From positions 19,716,001-19,780,000 of the forward strand of contig OX597827.1 of NCBI GenBank assembly GCA_951406725.2: DNA of 64,000 nt. Direction: 5' to 3'. Below the pieces are notes generated by a model that saw nothing but the letters and a program-made list of their open reading frames with translations, was not told the DNA's origin and searched no databases. Source of the DNA: Octopus vulgaris. Its lineage: Eukaryota. A program made the translations under genes and the position numbers. Position 1 is the first letter of the stretch; every line of letters starts with the position of its first letter. Below are positions 1-11,139 of the stretch, in pieces.

Positions 1-805
1 CTTTTCCAGGTGTAATAACTTGTCCTGTAATTCTCCAGGTTTATAATCGTAAGAATATTATTTCTCTTGCTCGCATTTTTCCATGTAATCCATGCTAGTA
101 TGCTAATTAATAATGTGTCAAATGTGCCAATTAGCGGTGTCATTGATAATTTTTCCTTACCTCAACGATGCCGGTGACATATATTAAAAGTCTCCTTATA
201 GAACTATAATCAGAAAAAAGTATAGAACTATATTATCACCCTCAATTTTGAGAAACAAATACTCATTACTTTTTTCTTTTAAAACTTCATTGTATGAGAC
301 ACCATGAAATTCCTCGAATTGAGCTCTATCATTTAAGCCTAATTTAAATATAGTTTGCTTTTAGAATAAAAAAAAGTTAATTACAGTTAAAACCAATTTT
401 TTGCCTTACTCATATTGTTTTTCAAGATATTTTACCTCTTAACGTATCCTCTTCCAAGTAAGTTTTACGATTTAGAAGTCACGAGTTTGTTGTTACCTGG
501 CTGTAAAGATTGTCCGAAACCATATTTGTGTGACGTGGGCTTTGTGAGAAGGTACTGGGTCTTTTTGAAACACATATGGTTTCTACTGCATACTTCATTC
601 ATTCAGGGTTTACATCTATTTCCAGCACCTCAACAAATCCAGTAGCATTAATTCTAAAATCCTACAGAAAGATGTGAAGTGGCAAGACATGACCTTCGCT
701 ACTCCCTGTCCTGAAACCATTACAGTTACTGCAAACTCAGTGTGTATCACTCTGTGGACACCAGAAAAAGATGTGCTAATAACCATCTGTCATTTCTTCT
801 GTTAG

Positions 806-1258
806 ACTCTTCACTCTCTTTATTCTTTTACTTGTTTCAGTCATTTGACTGCACCATGCTGGAGCACCGCCTTTTTAATCGAGCAAATCGACCCCGGGAC
901 TTATTCTTTGTAAGCCCAGTACTTATTCTATTGGTCTCTTTTGCCAAACCGCTAAGTGATGGGGACGTAAACACACCAACATCGGTTGTCAAGCGATGTT
1001 GAGGAGACAAACACAGACACACAAACACACACACACACACATACATATATATATACATATATATGACAGTCTTCTTTCAGTTTCCGTCTATCAAATCCAC
1101 TCACAAGGCATTGGTCAGCCCGGGGCTATAGCAGAAGACACTTGCCCAAGATGCCACGCAGTGGGACTGAACCCGGAACAATGTGGTTGGTTAGCAAGCT
1201 ACTTACCACATAGCCACTCCTTACTACATAGCCACTCCTTACTACATAGCCACTACCT
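806..1258 (-). mobile_element. tRNA-derived SINE, family A
   Basis: Reverse complement of the 3141-3553 copy: tRNA-like head, internal (CA)/(TA) tract, tail GGCGGTGCTCCAGCATGG..CAGTCAAATGACTGAAACAAGTAAAAGA. Confidence 0.9.
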
Positions 1259-1628
1259 CACAACATTTTTTATATAAATTTTTGTTGCGTGGGAATATAA
1301 CTAAGAAATTCTTCATGCTTCCTTCTATCACTGAAGCTAAGATAAATATATTTTGCTTTTAAAATAAAAATGTTTTTTTAGATCTAAACTTGATTGGTGG
1401 CGCTACTTACTCTCCTATAACATTGCTACAAATTTTGACGTAAACTTTTTTCTACCGGACCAAATCTCAATTTTTTATGCCAAGATGTAGCTAGGGACCA
1501 GTTCTCTTCAAAATTGCTAACAGTTTTCAATTTGGTTAAGAAGTGAATTAGCGACAAGCTCTGAAAGATGCTGCAAGTGATTAAATTGCGGCCTTAAGAA
1601 TATTATTCAACCGTAGTTGAATGATATG

Positions 1629-1702
<74 letters not shown>

Positions 1703-1704
1703 CA

Positions 1705-2022
1705 CAGGAGTGGCTGTGTGGTAAGTAGCTTGCTTACCAACTACATGGTTCTGGGTCGACCAGGGCGTTGTGAGTGGATTTGGCAGGCGGAAAGTGAAAG
1801 AAGCTCGTCATATATATATTTATATATGTATATATATATGTGTGTGTCTGTGTTTGACAACTGATGTTGGTGCGTTTACGTCCCTGTAACTTAGCGGTTC
1901 GGCAAAAGAGATCGATAGAATAAGTACAAGGCTTACGAAAAATAAGTCCTGGGGTCGATTTGCTCGATTAAAAGGCGGTGCTCCAGCATGGCCTCAGTCA
2001 AATGACTGAACAAATAGAAGAA
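1705..2022 (+). mobile_element. SINE family A, internally deleted
   Basis: CAGGAGTGGCTGTGTGGTAAGTAGCTTGC head and GGCGGTGCTCCAGCATGGCC..AAATGACTGAAC tail. Confidence 0.85.
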
Positions 2023-2070
2023 TATATATATATATGTATGCATATGTATGTGTGTATGTATGTATGTATA

Positions 2071-2230
2071 CTCTCTTTTTTTTTACTCTTTTAGTTGTTT
2101 CAGTCATTTGACTGCGGTCATGCTGCAGCACCGCCTTTAATCGAGCAACTTATTCTTTTTGCCGTAAACAAACCAGCATCGGTTGTCAAGCAATGCTAGG
2201 GGGACAAACAGAGACATACAAACACATACA

Positions 2231-2290
<60 letters not shown>

Positions 2291-2460
2291 AATATACAAC
2301 GGACTTCTTTTCAGTTTCCATCTATCAAATCCACTCACAAGGCTTTGGTCGACCCGAGGCTATAGTAGAAGACACTTGCCCAAGGTGCCACGCAGTGGGA
2401 CTGAACCCGGAACCATGTGGTTGGTAAACAACCTTCTTACCACACAGCCACTCCTGCGCC
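2071..2460 (-). mobile_element. SINE family A
   Basis: Ends CACACAGCCACTCCTGCGCC (reverse complement of the head); tail at 2071-2140. Confidence 0.9.
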
Positions 2461-2623
2461 TGTATGTATATATAAATATATAAATATATATATATATATA
2501 TCTGTAAAATAATATGTGACAATTATTCAATAGCCAAGATAAAACTCTGAGTTTCGGATGCAGAAGTGGAAATCCACAACACCATATAAGGACAACCTTT
2601 TACTGTTTGTTCTAAATGATAAA

Positions 2624-2664
<41 letters not shown>

Positions 2665-3140
2665 AACTGCACACAATCTTACTTGAACCTTGAGATAGAA
2701 AATATAAAATGGTGCAACTCAGAGGAATGCCTGGAAGGAATTCTTGAGAATTGAATGAAGTACGATTATTTTAATTATATGCATCAGATGATTCGGCTAC
2801 TAAATAATTCATTAAAAATAATGAAGCCAGTTTTCTTATTTGGTTATATCTATTTATCGATCGATCGATCAACCTGTTGAATAAATTAATCCATCAATTT
2901 ATTATATATGTATCTCTGTATATGACATCGTTATCAATATTTACCTTTGATCATTGCAGGTAAGTGAAAGACTGCTAATTTGGTTGTTAATCGTCTGTTC
3001 AGGTAAGTCATCGTCTTAAGTCGTTCTGTTGCTGAATATTTTTCATTTCACGATGTTAACTCATCCAGGATCTCAAGGCAGTGATGATCTCAAGCCGAGA
3101 AGTGTGACGGCCGTAAAAATAATTATAAACTCCACACATA

Positions 3141-3553
3141 GGCGCAGGAGTGGCTGTGTGGTAAGTAGCTTGCTAACCAACCACATGGTTCCGGGTTCAG
3201 TCCCACTGCGTGGCATCTTGGGCAAGTGTCTTCTGCTATAGCCCCGGGCCGACCAATGCCTTGTGAGTGGATTTGGTAGACGGAAACTGAAAGAAGCCTG
3301 TCGTGTATATGTATATATATATATATGTGTGTGTGTGTTTGTGTGTCTGTGTTTGTCCCTCTAGCATTGCTTGACAACCGATGCTGGTGTGTTTACGTCC
3401 CCGTCACTTAGCGGTTCGGCAAAAGTGACCGATAGAATAAGTACTGGGCTTAAAAAAAGAATAAGTCCCGGGGTCGAGTTGCTCGATTAAAGGCGGTGCT
3501 CCAGCATGGCCACAGTCAAATGACTGAAACAAGTAAAAGAGTAAAAGAGAGAG
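3141..3553 (+). mobile_element. Full-length SINE family A (tRNA head, CORE-like segment, internal microsatellite, CR1-type tail)
   Basis: A-box-like TGGCTGTGTGG, B-box-like GGTTCAGTCCC, CTTGGGCAAGT segment resembling the CORE start, (GTAAAAGA)n tail; about 10 copies in window. Confidence 0.92.
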
Positions 3554-3821
3554 TATTCCAGTAAACATGAAACTCTTAATTGCGATTCCGAACGAGTAAA
3601 TTAATAGAATATTTAGTCAGGCGTTCTACTCCTTCAGTAAACACAAACCTCCGTCCCACATCTTTATGGAGATTTAGTGATATCATCCAAACGTCCAATA
3701 GCTTTTCTGGTGTTTGTGTTTGATAGCTCGAGAGGTCGATAAGGTGATCGATTACGCCGATTTAGTACACTTTTAATCGAGTTAATTATTGAATGTCTTT
3801 TAGAGAGCCCAGAGGAAAGTA

Positions 3822-4264
3822 GGATCTTTTCGGTTTGATCGGCAGTTTTTTCTTGCGGTGTCATATGAAATTGTCACCCATAATTATGACCCTAGTATCG
3901 ATCTATTGCATTTCAATCTGTTTTAGGGTTAGGGTTAGTTAGAGTTAGGGTTAGGGTTAGGGGTTGGGGGAAGGGTATCTTTTTTTCTTCACAAATGTAA
4001 ATAAACCCAATCTGTTTCTTAAACGAGAGACATATTCATACGGCACAGAATGTTTTTTTTTACCTCAATAGACGTCAGTGATTGGTTGAAATTGCAGAAA
4101 TTGAAGAAAAAACAACAACAAATATCTTACAAACTATAGAATTTTCTCAATAAAGCCAGGAGAAAAAGATGTTTTATAAATACATTCTACTAGTATACGA
4201 AGTTTAAAATTTTTTAGCTACCTAGAAATTATGTTAAAAACTGCCGTTCAAACCGAAAAAATCC
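3822..4264 (+). mobile_element. MITE with ~28-bp TIRs, 8-bp TSD and internal TTAGGG repeats (Merlin-like by GG terminus and 8-bp TSD)
   Basis: TIR GGATCTTTTCGGTTTGATCGGCAGTTTT / AAAACTGCCGTTCAAACCGAAAAAATCC; TSD GGAAAGTA at 3814-3821 and 4265-4272. Confidence 0.92.
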
Positions 4265-4900
4265 GGAAAGTACAATGAATTCAGTTACGGTGATGTGTGT
4301 TAGAATACAACGTTTCAGGACATTAACCTTCCTCTGAAAATAATGACGAAAGAGAGTGAGAGAGAGAGAGAGAGAAAGGGTACTAAATGAAATAGGTGAG
4401 TGAAGAGGAAGGTTAGGTGAAGGGAACAGTTGAGTGAGAGGTGTAGCTCGAATAAGTGATGGTGTTGGTGTGTCATTTGTCTTAGGTAGGAGGTGAACGG
4501 AGGAAATGTAAGGTAAGAATTGGAGAGTGAAGTTACAAGAAGAATATGTCTTAAATAAGAGAAAAGAAAACCTATATGGAGTCGAAATAAGGAGGGAATA
4601 ATGTGGAAACTGTAAAATGGATGGGATTTGGGAGAAAGAACAACCTCACTTTAAAAAGCAGTTAGGGTCATCTGATTTAAATAATCGTTAGCGACGGGAT
4701 TGATTGCTAATAATGTTACATCGACTTCCAGTGTATTCTGGTGAGTTTTGAAACGGTGTGATGTCAGAATGTTGATTGTGAAACATTGTATTGTTCATTG
4801 GTGTCCCTGATTAAACAAAAAAGACACGGGCGACGTCGCTATACAATGGTGTTTGTGGTTGAGAACCCAGGGTTATGATATTTCGTATGTTGACGAGTAA

Positions 4901-5274
4901 TCTCTCCATATATAAACGGCAAAATGTCTGTGTGTGTGTGTGTGCATGTTCTTTATACAAATCCACAATTTTTCAGTTTGAGGGCTCGCACTTTCTATGG
5001 TCATTAAAAACCGCCCAAGGGTGGTCGTGCACATCCTTACATTTCCCCAGTCACCCCACAAAGCCATTAAAAAATCAATAGAAGTGACTTTTTTGTGAAT
5101 TTTCTATCCAAAACCCAATCAAAATGCCCGAAACTTGATACGCCAATTGAATGCCAGCTAGCTGTATGTGATTGGTTGGAGATTTGGACAGTACTCGAGT
5201 GTATGTGCGCACGCACGCAGCTGTATATGCATGCACTAGCACTATGACCCGGCAACGCCGGGTCATAGTGCTAG
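4901..5274 (+). mobile_element. Non-autonomous Helitron
   Basis: A|TC 5' end, internal (TG)n, GC-rich subterminal hairpin GACCCGGC-AAC-GCCGGGTC, CTAG|T 3' end, no TSD. Confidence 0.75.
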
Positions 5275-5335
5275 TTTGTATTAATGCGATAACAATTATG
5301 CTCCCTACCCGCATCACGCACCATTTCTCATACAT

Positions 5336-5545
5336 TGGTTTCAAATTGTGGTACAAGGCCATCAAATTCGTGGGAGGGGGTGGGGGTGGATCGACTACAT
5401 CGACTTCCGTACTAATTTTATCGACCCTGAAAGGATGAAAGGCAAAATCGACCCCGGCGCAATTTGAACTCAGAACGTAAAGACGGATGAAATGCCACTA
5501 AGATTTTATCCGATGCGATAACGATGTTGCCAGCCCACGGCGTTA
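5336..5545 (-). mobile_element. SINE family B, tail variant 2, degenerate
   Basis: GAAAGGATGAAAGGCAAA..GAACTCAGAACGTAA core shared with other B copies. Confidence 0.75.
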
Positions 5546-6059
5546 GCCTTTCTTATATATCGCAAATTATATCGAGCTAGAGCGGTCCAAACCATTAAAA
5601 TAATACATTAAAAACTGATAAATTCATTTCTTAAATTATTCCACGAATTGTCGAATGTTTTTTTCCGTACAACTGCGACCTGGTCACTGGGACAGTTGCT
5701 TGCATTGCAAATATTTCACTTAGAAATTATATTTACAATGAATTTAGCAGCTTTCATCTGTTGGTAAATAACTGGAGGGGATTTCCGAGATGAAATTTCA
5801 GTTCAATTTCAGCGCACTGTTGCAAATCAAATCACTTGGTAAACAATATATATATCTTTCCTATCTTGCCTGTAATGGATTTGTGACTATTCGGTGGTAC
5901 AGAAGTATTTTTCGACTCCTATCATTGGCGATATAGGTACTCATGTAGTACCCTTATGCATGTATGTACATATATAATATTGTATGTATATATTTTATTA
6001 ATTTGCCTGTACGGCTAATAATTCGCTTACCACTTGTGATGGTATTTTAATAATATCAT

Positions 6060-6111
<52 letters not shown>

Positions 6112-6231
6112 TTCTTGTTGCTTATTTTTGGGTTATAATCAGCCCACATAATTTTATGGGTAATACCATAAAAAAATTCTGGTGCATCTAAGTTAAATAC
6201 CATATTCATTTGAATCTAAATTGTTTTGCTG

Positions 6232-6323
<92 letters not shown>

Positions 6324-6327
<4 letters not shown>

Positions 6328-6574
6328 GTTGGTGCACAATTATTGTAGCTTTTTTCAACAAATTTATTCAACAAAAACAATAACAATATTTAACAAAAAC
6401 ATCTTTAAATGATTATTCCGACCGTCTGCCAAGCAAATGGGAAGCAGTAATTAAAGTAGATGGTGGATACAGTCCGGAATAATCATTTAAAGATGTCTTT
6501 TTTACATGTTGTTATTGTTTTTGTTGAATGAAATTTGTTGAAAAAAAAAAAGCCGCAATAATTGCACCAACGCA
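6324..6574. mobile_element. Mariner-derived MITE with ~100-bp inverted arms
   Basis: TTGGGTTGGTGCACAATTATTG..CAATAATTGCACCAAC mariner-type TIR; arms 6324-6421 and 6475-6574; spacer reads RLPSKWEAVIKVDGGY like a mariner transposase C-terminus; follows (TA)n. Confidence 0.8.
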
Positions 6575-7285
6575 TTTTGTCTGAGCGGATGAATTCCTTA
6601 TTTTTTCTGAAAATATTTCTACGCCAAAAGTATCAATCATTCCGTCTCAGGGGGCACCAAAATTTGGTGGTGACGGTGAGGAGTGGAGACAGCGGTGAAG
6701 GTGAGGGTAGAAGCAGGAGTGCAGGCGTTTGTGGAGGAGGGCTCAGTGACATAGAACAGTTTAAAGCTGGTTTTTTTTTTTTAATCCCATAAAAGAAAAA
6801 AGGAATTATTTTGAAAATAGGTCTCCGACAGGGACAAGAAATTTACTTGACAACAAAACTTGATTAAATCTTGAATTAAACAGTTCGGCTGACAAACCGT
6901 CAATGTTTTACCAGTACAAACAACAGAGTGAGAGAGAGTATTTCTTTATTCACCATAAAGGCTAAGAAAAAGAGGGGACAATACGGGGACAGACAAAACA
7001 AATGTTGGGGTCAGGGTATCGAATGAGACGAAACGTATAAATACATAAACAATTAAAATATATACAATTAAATGAGAATGAGTGATTAACACAAAATGAA
7101 GCGGAGGACGCGGTTGACCCCACAAACCACATACTCACACTGAAGACTTTGCTTTCTCCTTTTTTACATTCTCGCTTAAAGAGAGACAGACAGACAGACA
7201 GATACATACACTCATGCCCGGGCGTAGACTAAAAGATACAAAAGTACTGACGTATGCAATATAGAATTGTATTTGGCTTACGAAG

Positions 7286-7338
<53 letters not shown>

Positions 7339-7825
7339 AAGGGAGTTCGGAAGCGCATATAAACAGATACACAAATACGATGTGTGCGTGCGTATTATAG
7401 GTTGAGATGCATTAAAGCTGTGGGTTAACTGGAGTTTGGTAACCGTAAACAATGCCAAGCATGGCTTCGCGTGGCATTTTAATTTCTTTGCGTTTTTCAA
7501 TTAAAGATGATTTAACAATATTAATTACTGAGCAATTACAATTAATGATTTGATTAGAAATGTCGAAGATTCGATGCCAGGATGCGAATTGCTTGTTACG
7601 TGTAATGAACGTAGCCAGATACCAAATACCCCCCACCACCACCACCACCACCACCACCACCACCGCACAAAAGCATTAATTATTATTATAATAATTAGGT
7701 GCGAAGGATTTAACACAGGTATCTGGATGTACCTGTGTGTATATATAGGGACAGAAAGAAGGTATTGAAGAAACCTAAACGAATACCGCTATTAGCACCC
7801 AACTCTAAAAATGTAGCAAGCGCAA

Positions 7826-8480
7826 TTTCAATTCAATTTTTATTGGCTCAAAAAGCAAAAGCAAGGCCATGTAGGGGGACAGGGAGTTATGTACAGGGAG
7901 GGTGGTCATACAAAGAGTTCAGGCCTTTTCTGGTCAAGAGAGACTTTGAACCGAGCGGTCGTCGGCATCTTCACTATCTCGTCCGGCAACTAATTCCACG
8001 GATCCGCAAGCCGGACGGAGAAAGGCCCTCTCCTTCGATTGAGATGAAATCGTCGAAGATAGAGCTTTTCGGAGTGACCCCGCAGCCCACACTCTGGAGC
8101 AGGAGTGAAGAACAGCTCTTTCGAGAGGTGACACTTTCCGCTTATGATGTTGTGAGCGAGAATGAGATCACCACGGCGGCGGCGTTTTTCGAGAGAATAA
8201 AGGGCAAGCGTCTTCAGCCTTTCTTCATAAGATAAATGCTTGATATCAAGAACCAGCTTCTGAACTCTTTCGAGATGATGTATGTCTTTGAGGAGATAAG
8301 AAGAGACTTGAATCCCGTACTCCAATATGGGTATCACCAGCGTGACATAGAGCGGTAGGAATATGGCTGCTGTGAGCATTCCGAATGACCGTCGAATCAA
8401 AAACAGAACTCCGCATGCTTTGTGGGCAGCATGGACGCATTGGGCCGAAGGCGAAGAGGAAGATAGGAGTCAGCATCAGT
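7826..8480 (-). pseudogene. 5'-truncated CR1-group LINE, ORF2 C-terminal fragment
   Basis: ORF 7990-8400: LEYG..LERVQK..LSYEERLKTLALYSLEKRRRRGDLI..GLRGH; tail TTGAATTGAAATT. Confidence 0.85.
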
Positions 8481-8682
8481 TAAAGCTACAGGGCGATCCA
8501 AATAAATAGGAAATCGGAAGAGATTCACCAATCGATTGGCTGGTGCATTATTTATCGCTGAGTTTAATAGAAAGCAGACTAAACAATGAAAATGTTGTTA
8601 TATAACTTTATTCAAGGTTATGATAGTTCCGAATGGCTAGAGGAAATATTTCATCGCTATAAGTTTGTGTATATTTAAATCT

Positions 8683-9220
8683 TTGAGAGGGCCAGATGGA
8701 AAGCGTTTAATGGCATAAGGGATGTGCTCAAGGGAAGGTTGGACAGGACCACCCGCGCCAACCTCATCAACAGTACAGTTCTACCTGCAATGTTATATGG
8801 TAGTGAAACATGGGCTACCACAAAGAGAGAAGAGCAGAGACTGATAACGGCTCAAAGAGCCATGGAAAGGTCAATGTTTGGTATCTCGTTGAGAGAGCAC
8901 ATCAATAGCGAGATCATCAGAAAGAAGTCCGGCGTGAGGGATGTCATCGCAGAATATGCACGCAGCAAGTTTAGATGGGCTGGACACGTCGCCCGGCTCA
9001 CCGATAATCGGTGGACCCGTGCAGTTGTCGAGTGGTACCCGCGCGAGCGGAAACGACCACCCGGAAGGCCTCCACGACGGTGGAGTTACGATTTTAGGAG
9101 GGCGATTGGGATCACGTGGATGAGAAAGGCGCGATCCAGAGAGGAGTGAACAGCATGCAGTGACCAGCGGTGTGAAATGGACGCCTGACAGACTGGTCGG
9201 TCAAGGTGATCAAGGTGATG
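8683..9220 (+). pseudogene. 5'-truncated RTE LINE
   Basis: VLPAMLYGSETW..RWAGHVAR..DNRWT..RPPGRPPRRW; tail (TCAAGGTGA)2; TSD TTTAAATCT at 8674-8682 and 9221-9229. Confidence 0.92.
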
Positions 9221-9911
9221 TTTAAATCTAATTCCATGCATTAATCAATCAATCAAGCAATCAATCAATCAATTAATTTAATTAATTAATCAATCAATCA
9301 ATGAAACATTTAACCCTCCGCTATTTCCAGGAGACCTTAAAGTTATTAGGGTAGATTTTTAGAGTTTCCAAAAACAGTGAAGGAAGGGTATTTGGATAAT
9401 ATCACCTCTCTTGATGATTCAGTAGCTGGAGATAACAGATAAATCAAATCCTACTCTTGTTATTTACTCTAAACGTGTCAATGCTACCGTCCCTGACAGG
9501 TGAAGTACAGAAAATATAGAGGGAAAGGAATCTGTTGCTATATATTCACTATTATACGCATGAAACAGTCGTAATGGAAGGTTTGTATGCAAATAAGTTA
9601 ATACAGAGAAGAGACTTGAAATAGGGTTGGGGTTCGTTCGAATGGGTGTTCATAATAAATTATTGTCAACTTCTATGATCAATTCTAAATAATATTAGGT
9701 TTACCAAAGTTAAACTGATTTACATTAGGTGCAGTATTTAAGGATTAGATTAAAGATTAGATAAGAATTAAGTACTTGGTGTGTTACATAAAAGATAATT
9801 GTTCCTCAGACAATATATAAGTGCTCAGTTAGAACATGAAAATCTTCATTATTACACAGAGAATACCGCTACAAAATGAAAGCCCTTATATTGCATTACC
9901 ATGTTCATTCA

Positions 9912-10631
9912 TTACCTCCGCCAAGGAAGGAGGTTATGCTTTCATTGGTGTTGGTTTGACCGTCTGCTTGCAAAATAACTCAAAAAGTTGTGAACGGTAT
10001 TTGATGTCACAAGGAACAGATGATGAAATTTTGGTAGTGATCCGGGAATTTTTATGGATTCTTGTAGGATTTTTCATTTGTTATATTTACTTTACATGAA
10101 GTATTACAATGTTACGTTCTTTGATTATCTCCCATCGTTTCCACGTAACCTATGGTGGCGTTGCTGTTTACAGACAGTGTTGATGATGACGATGGTCAAG
10201 ATAAGTATGGGAGGAGGATAAAATAGTATCGGTGGTTATAATGGTGACAGGAGCGGTGTGATGCTGAGGTGATGGTGGTAGTGGTGGTGTTAAGGATAGT
10301 GTTGTGTGATGCTGGTATTGCAGTGGTTATACTGGTTGTGGTGGTGAAAGTAACCATCAGGGTAACCTTGATGGCGGTGTATGTGGTTGAAGTGGAAGTA
10401 ATGACAATGCTGCTGATGACGCTGGTGGTTGTGAACAGCTTCATATGATTCCTGCTTTTAAAGGGTTTAAAAAAAATCATATGGCTGTGTTATTTTTTTT
10501 TCACCCCAGCCAAGGAGGTTATGTTTTTGCCGGCGTTGGTTTGGGAAATTGGGCGATTTTTAGCATGCGTGTATATGAATGGAATTGAACTACTTGACGT
10601 AGGTCCGCGCTCTCCGAGTGCTTTTCTAGTT
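9912..10631 (+). mobile_element. Helentron-associated non-autonomous element (HINE-like), two heads, degenerate
   Basis: TTACCTCCGCCAAGGAAGGAGGTTATG head, a second similar head near 10500, and 3' CTTGACGTAGGT + hairpin GCGCTC-TCC-GAGTGC + TTTTCTAGTT. Confidence 0.55.
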
Positions 10632-11139
10632 TAAATATAAAACAAAAAGAGAAAACTGCACTCCACTAGCTAACTTCATCTGGGATCTCAAAGAGAGAAC
10701 TACAAATTGATCCATTCCGTGACTTATTGTAGGTAGTGCTCTTCCATACAGTTAGGGCAGTAGTAACTGTAATTTGTGCTCGATAAAGGTGTTGGAAATT
10801 CTCAATTGCTGACCGAATTTAATTAATGAGCATAATGAGCTTTTTGCTGGTTGTACCTTTAGCAGGTAGAATCATGTGATTGAAAAGTAGGTGTGTAGGG
10901 AGACAGGGAAAGTAGTTGCTTTCGAAAAAACTGTAAAATTATGAAATTTTCAATAAATATTTCTTTCTCTTATTACACCTAATTTTCATTCACCTTACTC
11001 TACCTACCAAACGAACAGCCTGTCAAAAGCTATATAAAGTATAAAAGATCCGAAGTAAGCTGTGTTTTTATGTCGGCGAATAAGTCTAATCTTTGAAGTC
11101 AATGTCAGACTTTCTCTTGTAAAACTTAATAATAATGTA

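Noticed and set aside
1-720. Possible DNA transposon remnant (also ~1270-1600)
   Set aside because: No TIR pair, TSD or protein motif I can verify within the window
2540-2600. Further hammerhead-like remnants (also ~4305-4340), minus strand
   Set aside because: GAAAC and stems are visible, but the CUGANGA core is too degraded to call
3922-3970. Telomere or chromosome fusion site
   Set aside because: The short TTAGGG tract is internal to a MITE found three times with TSDs
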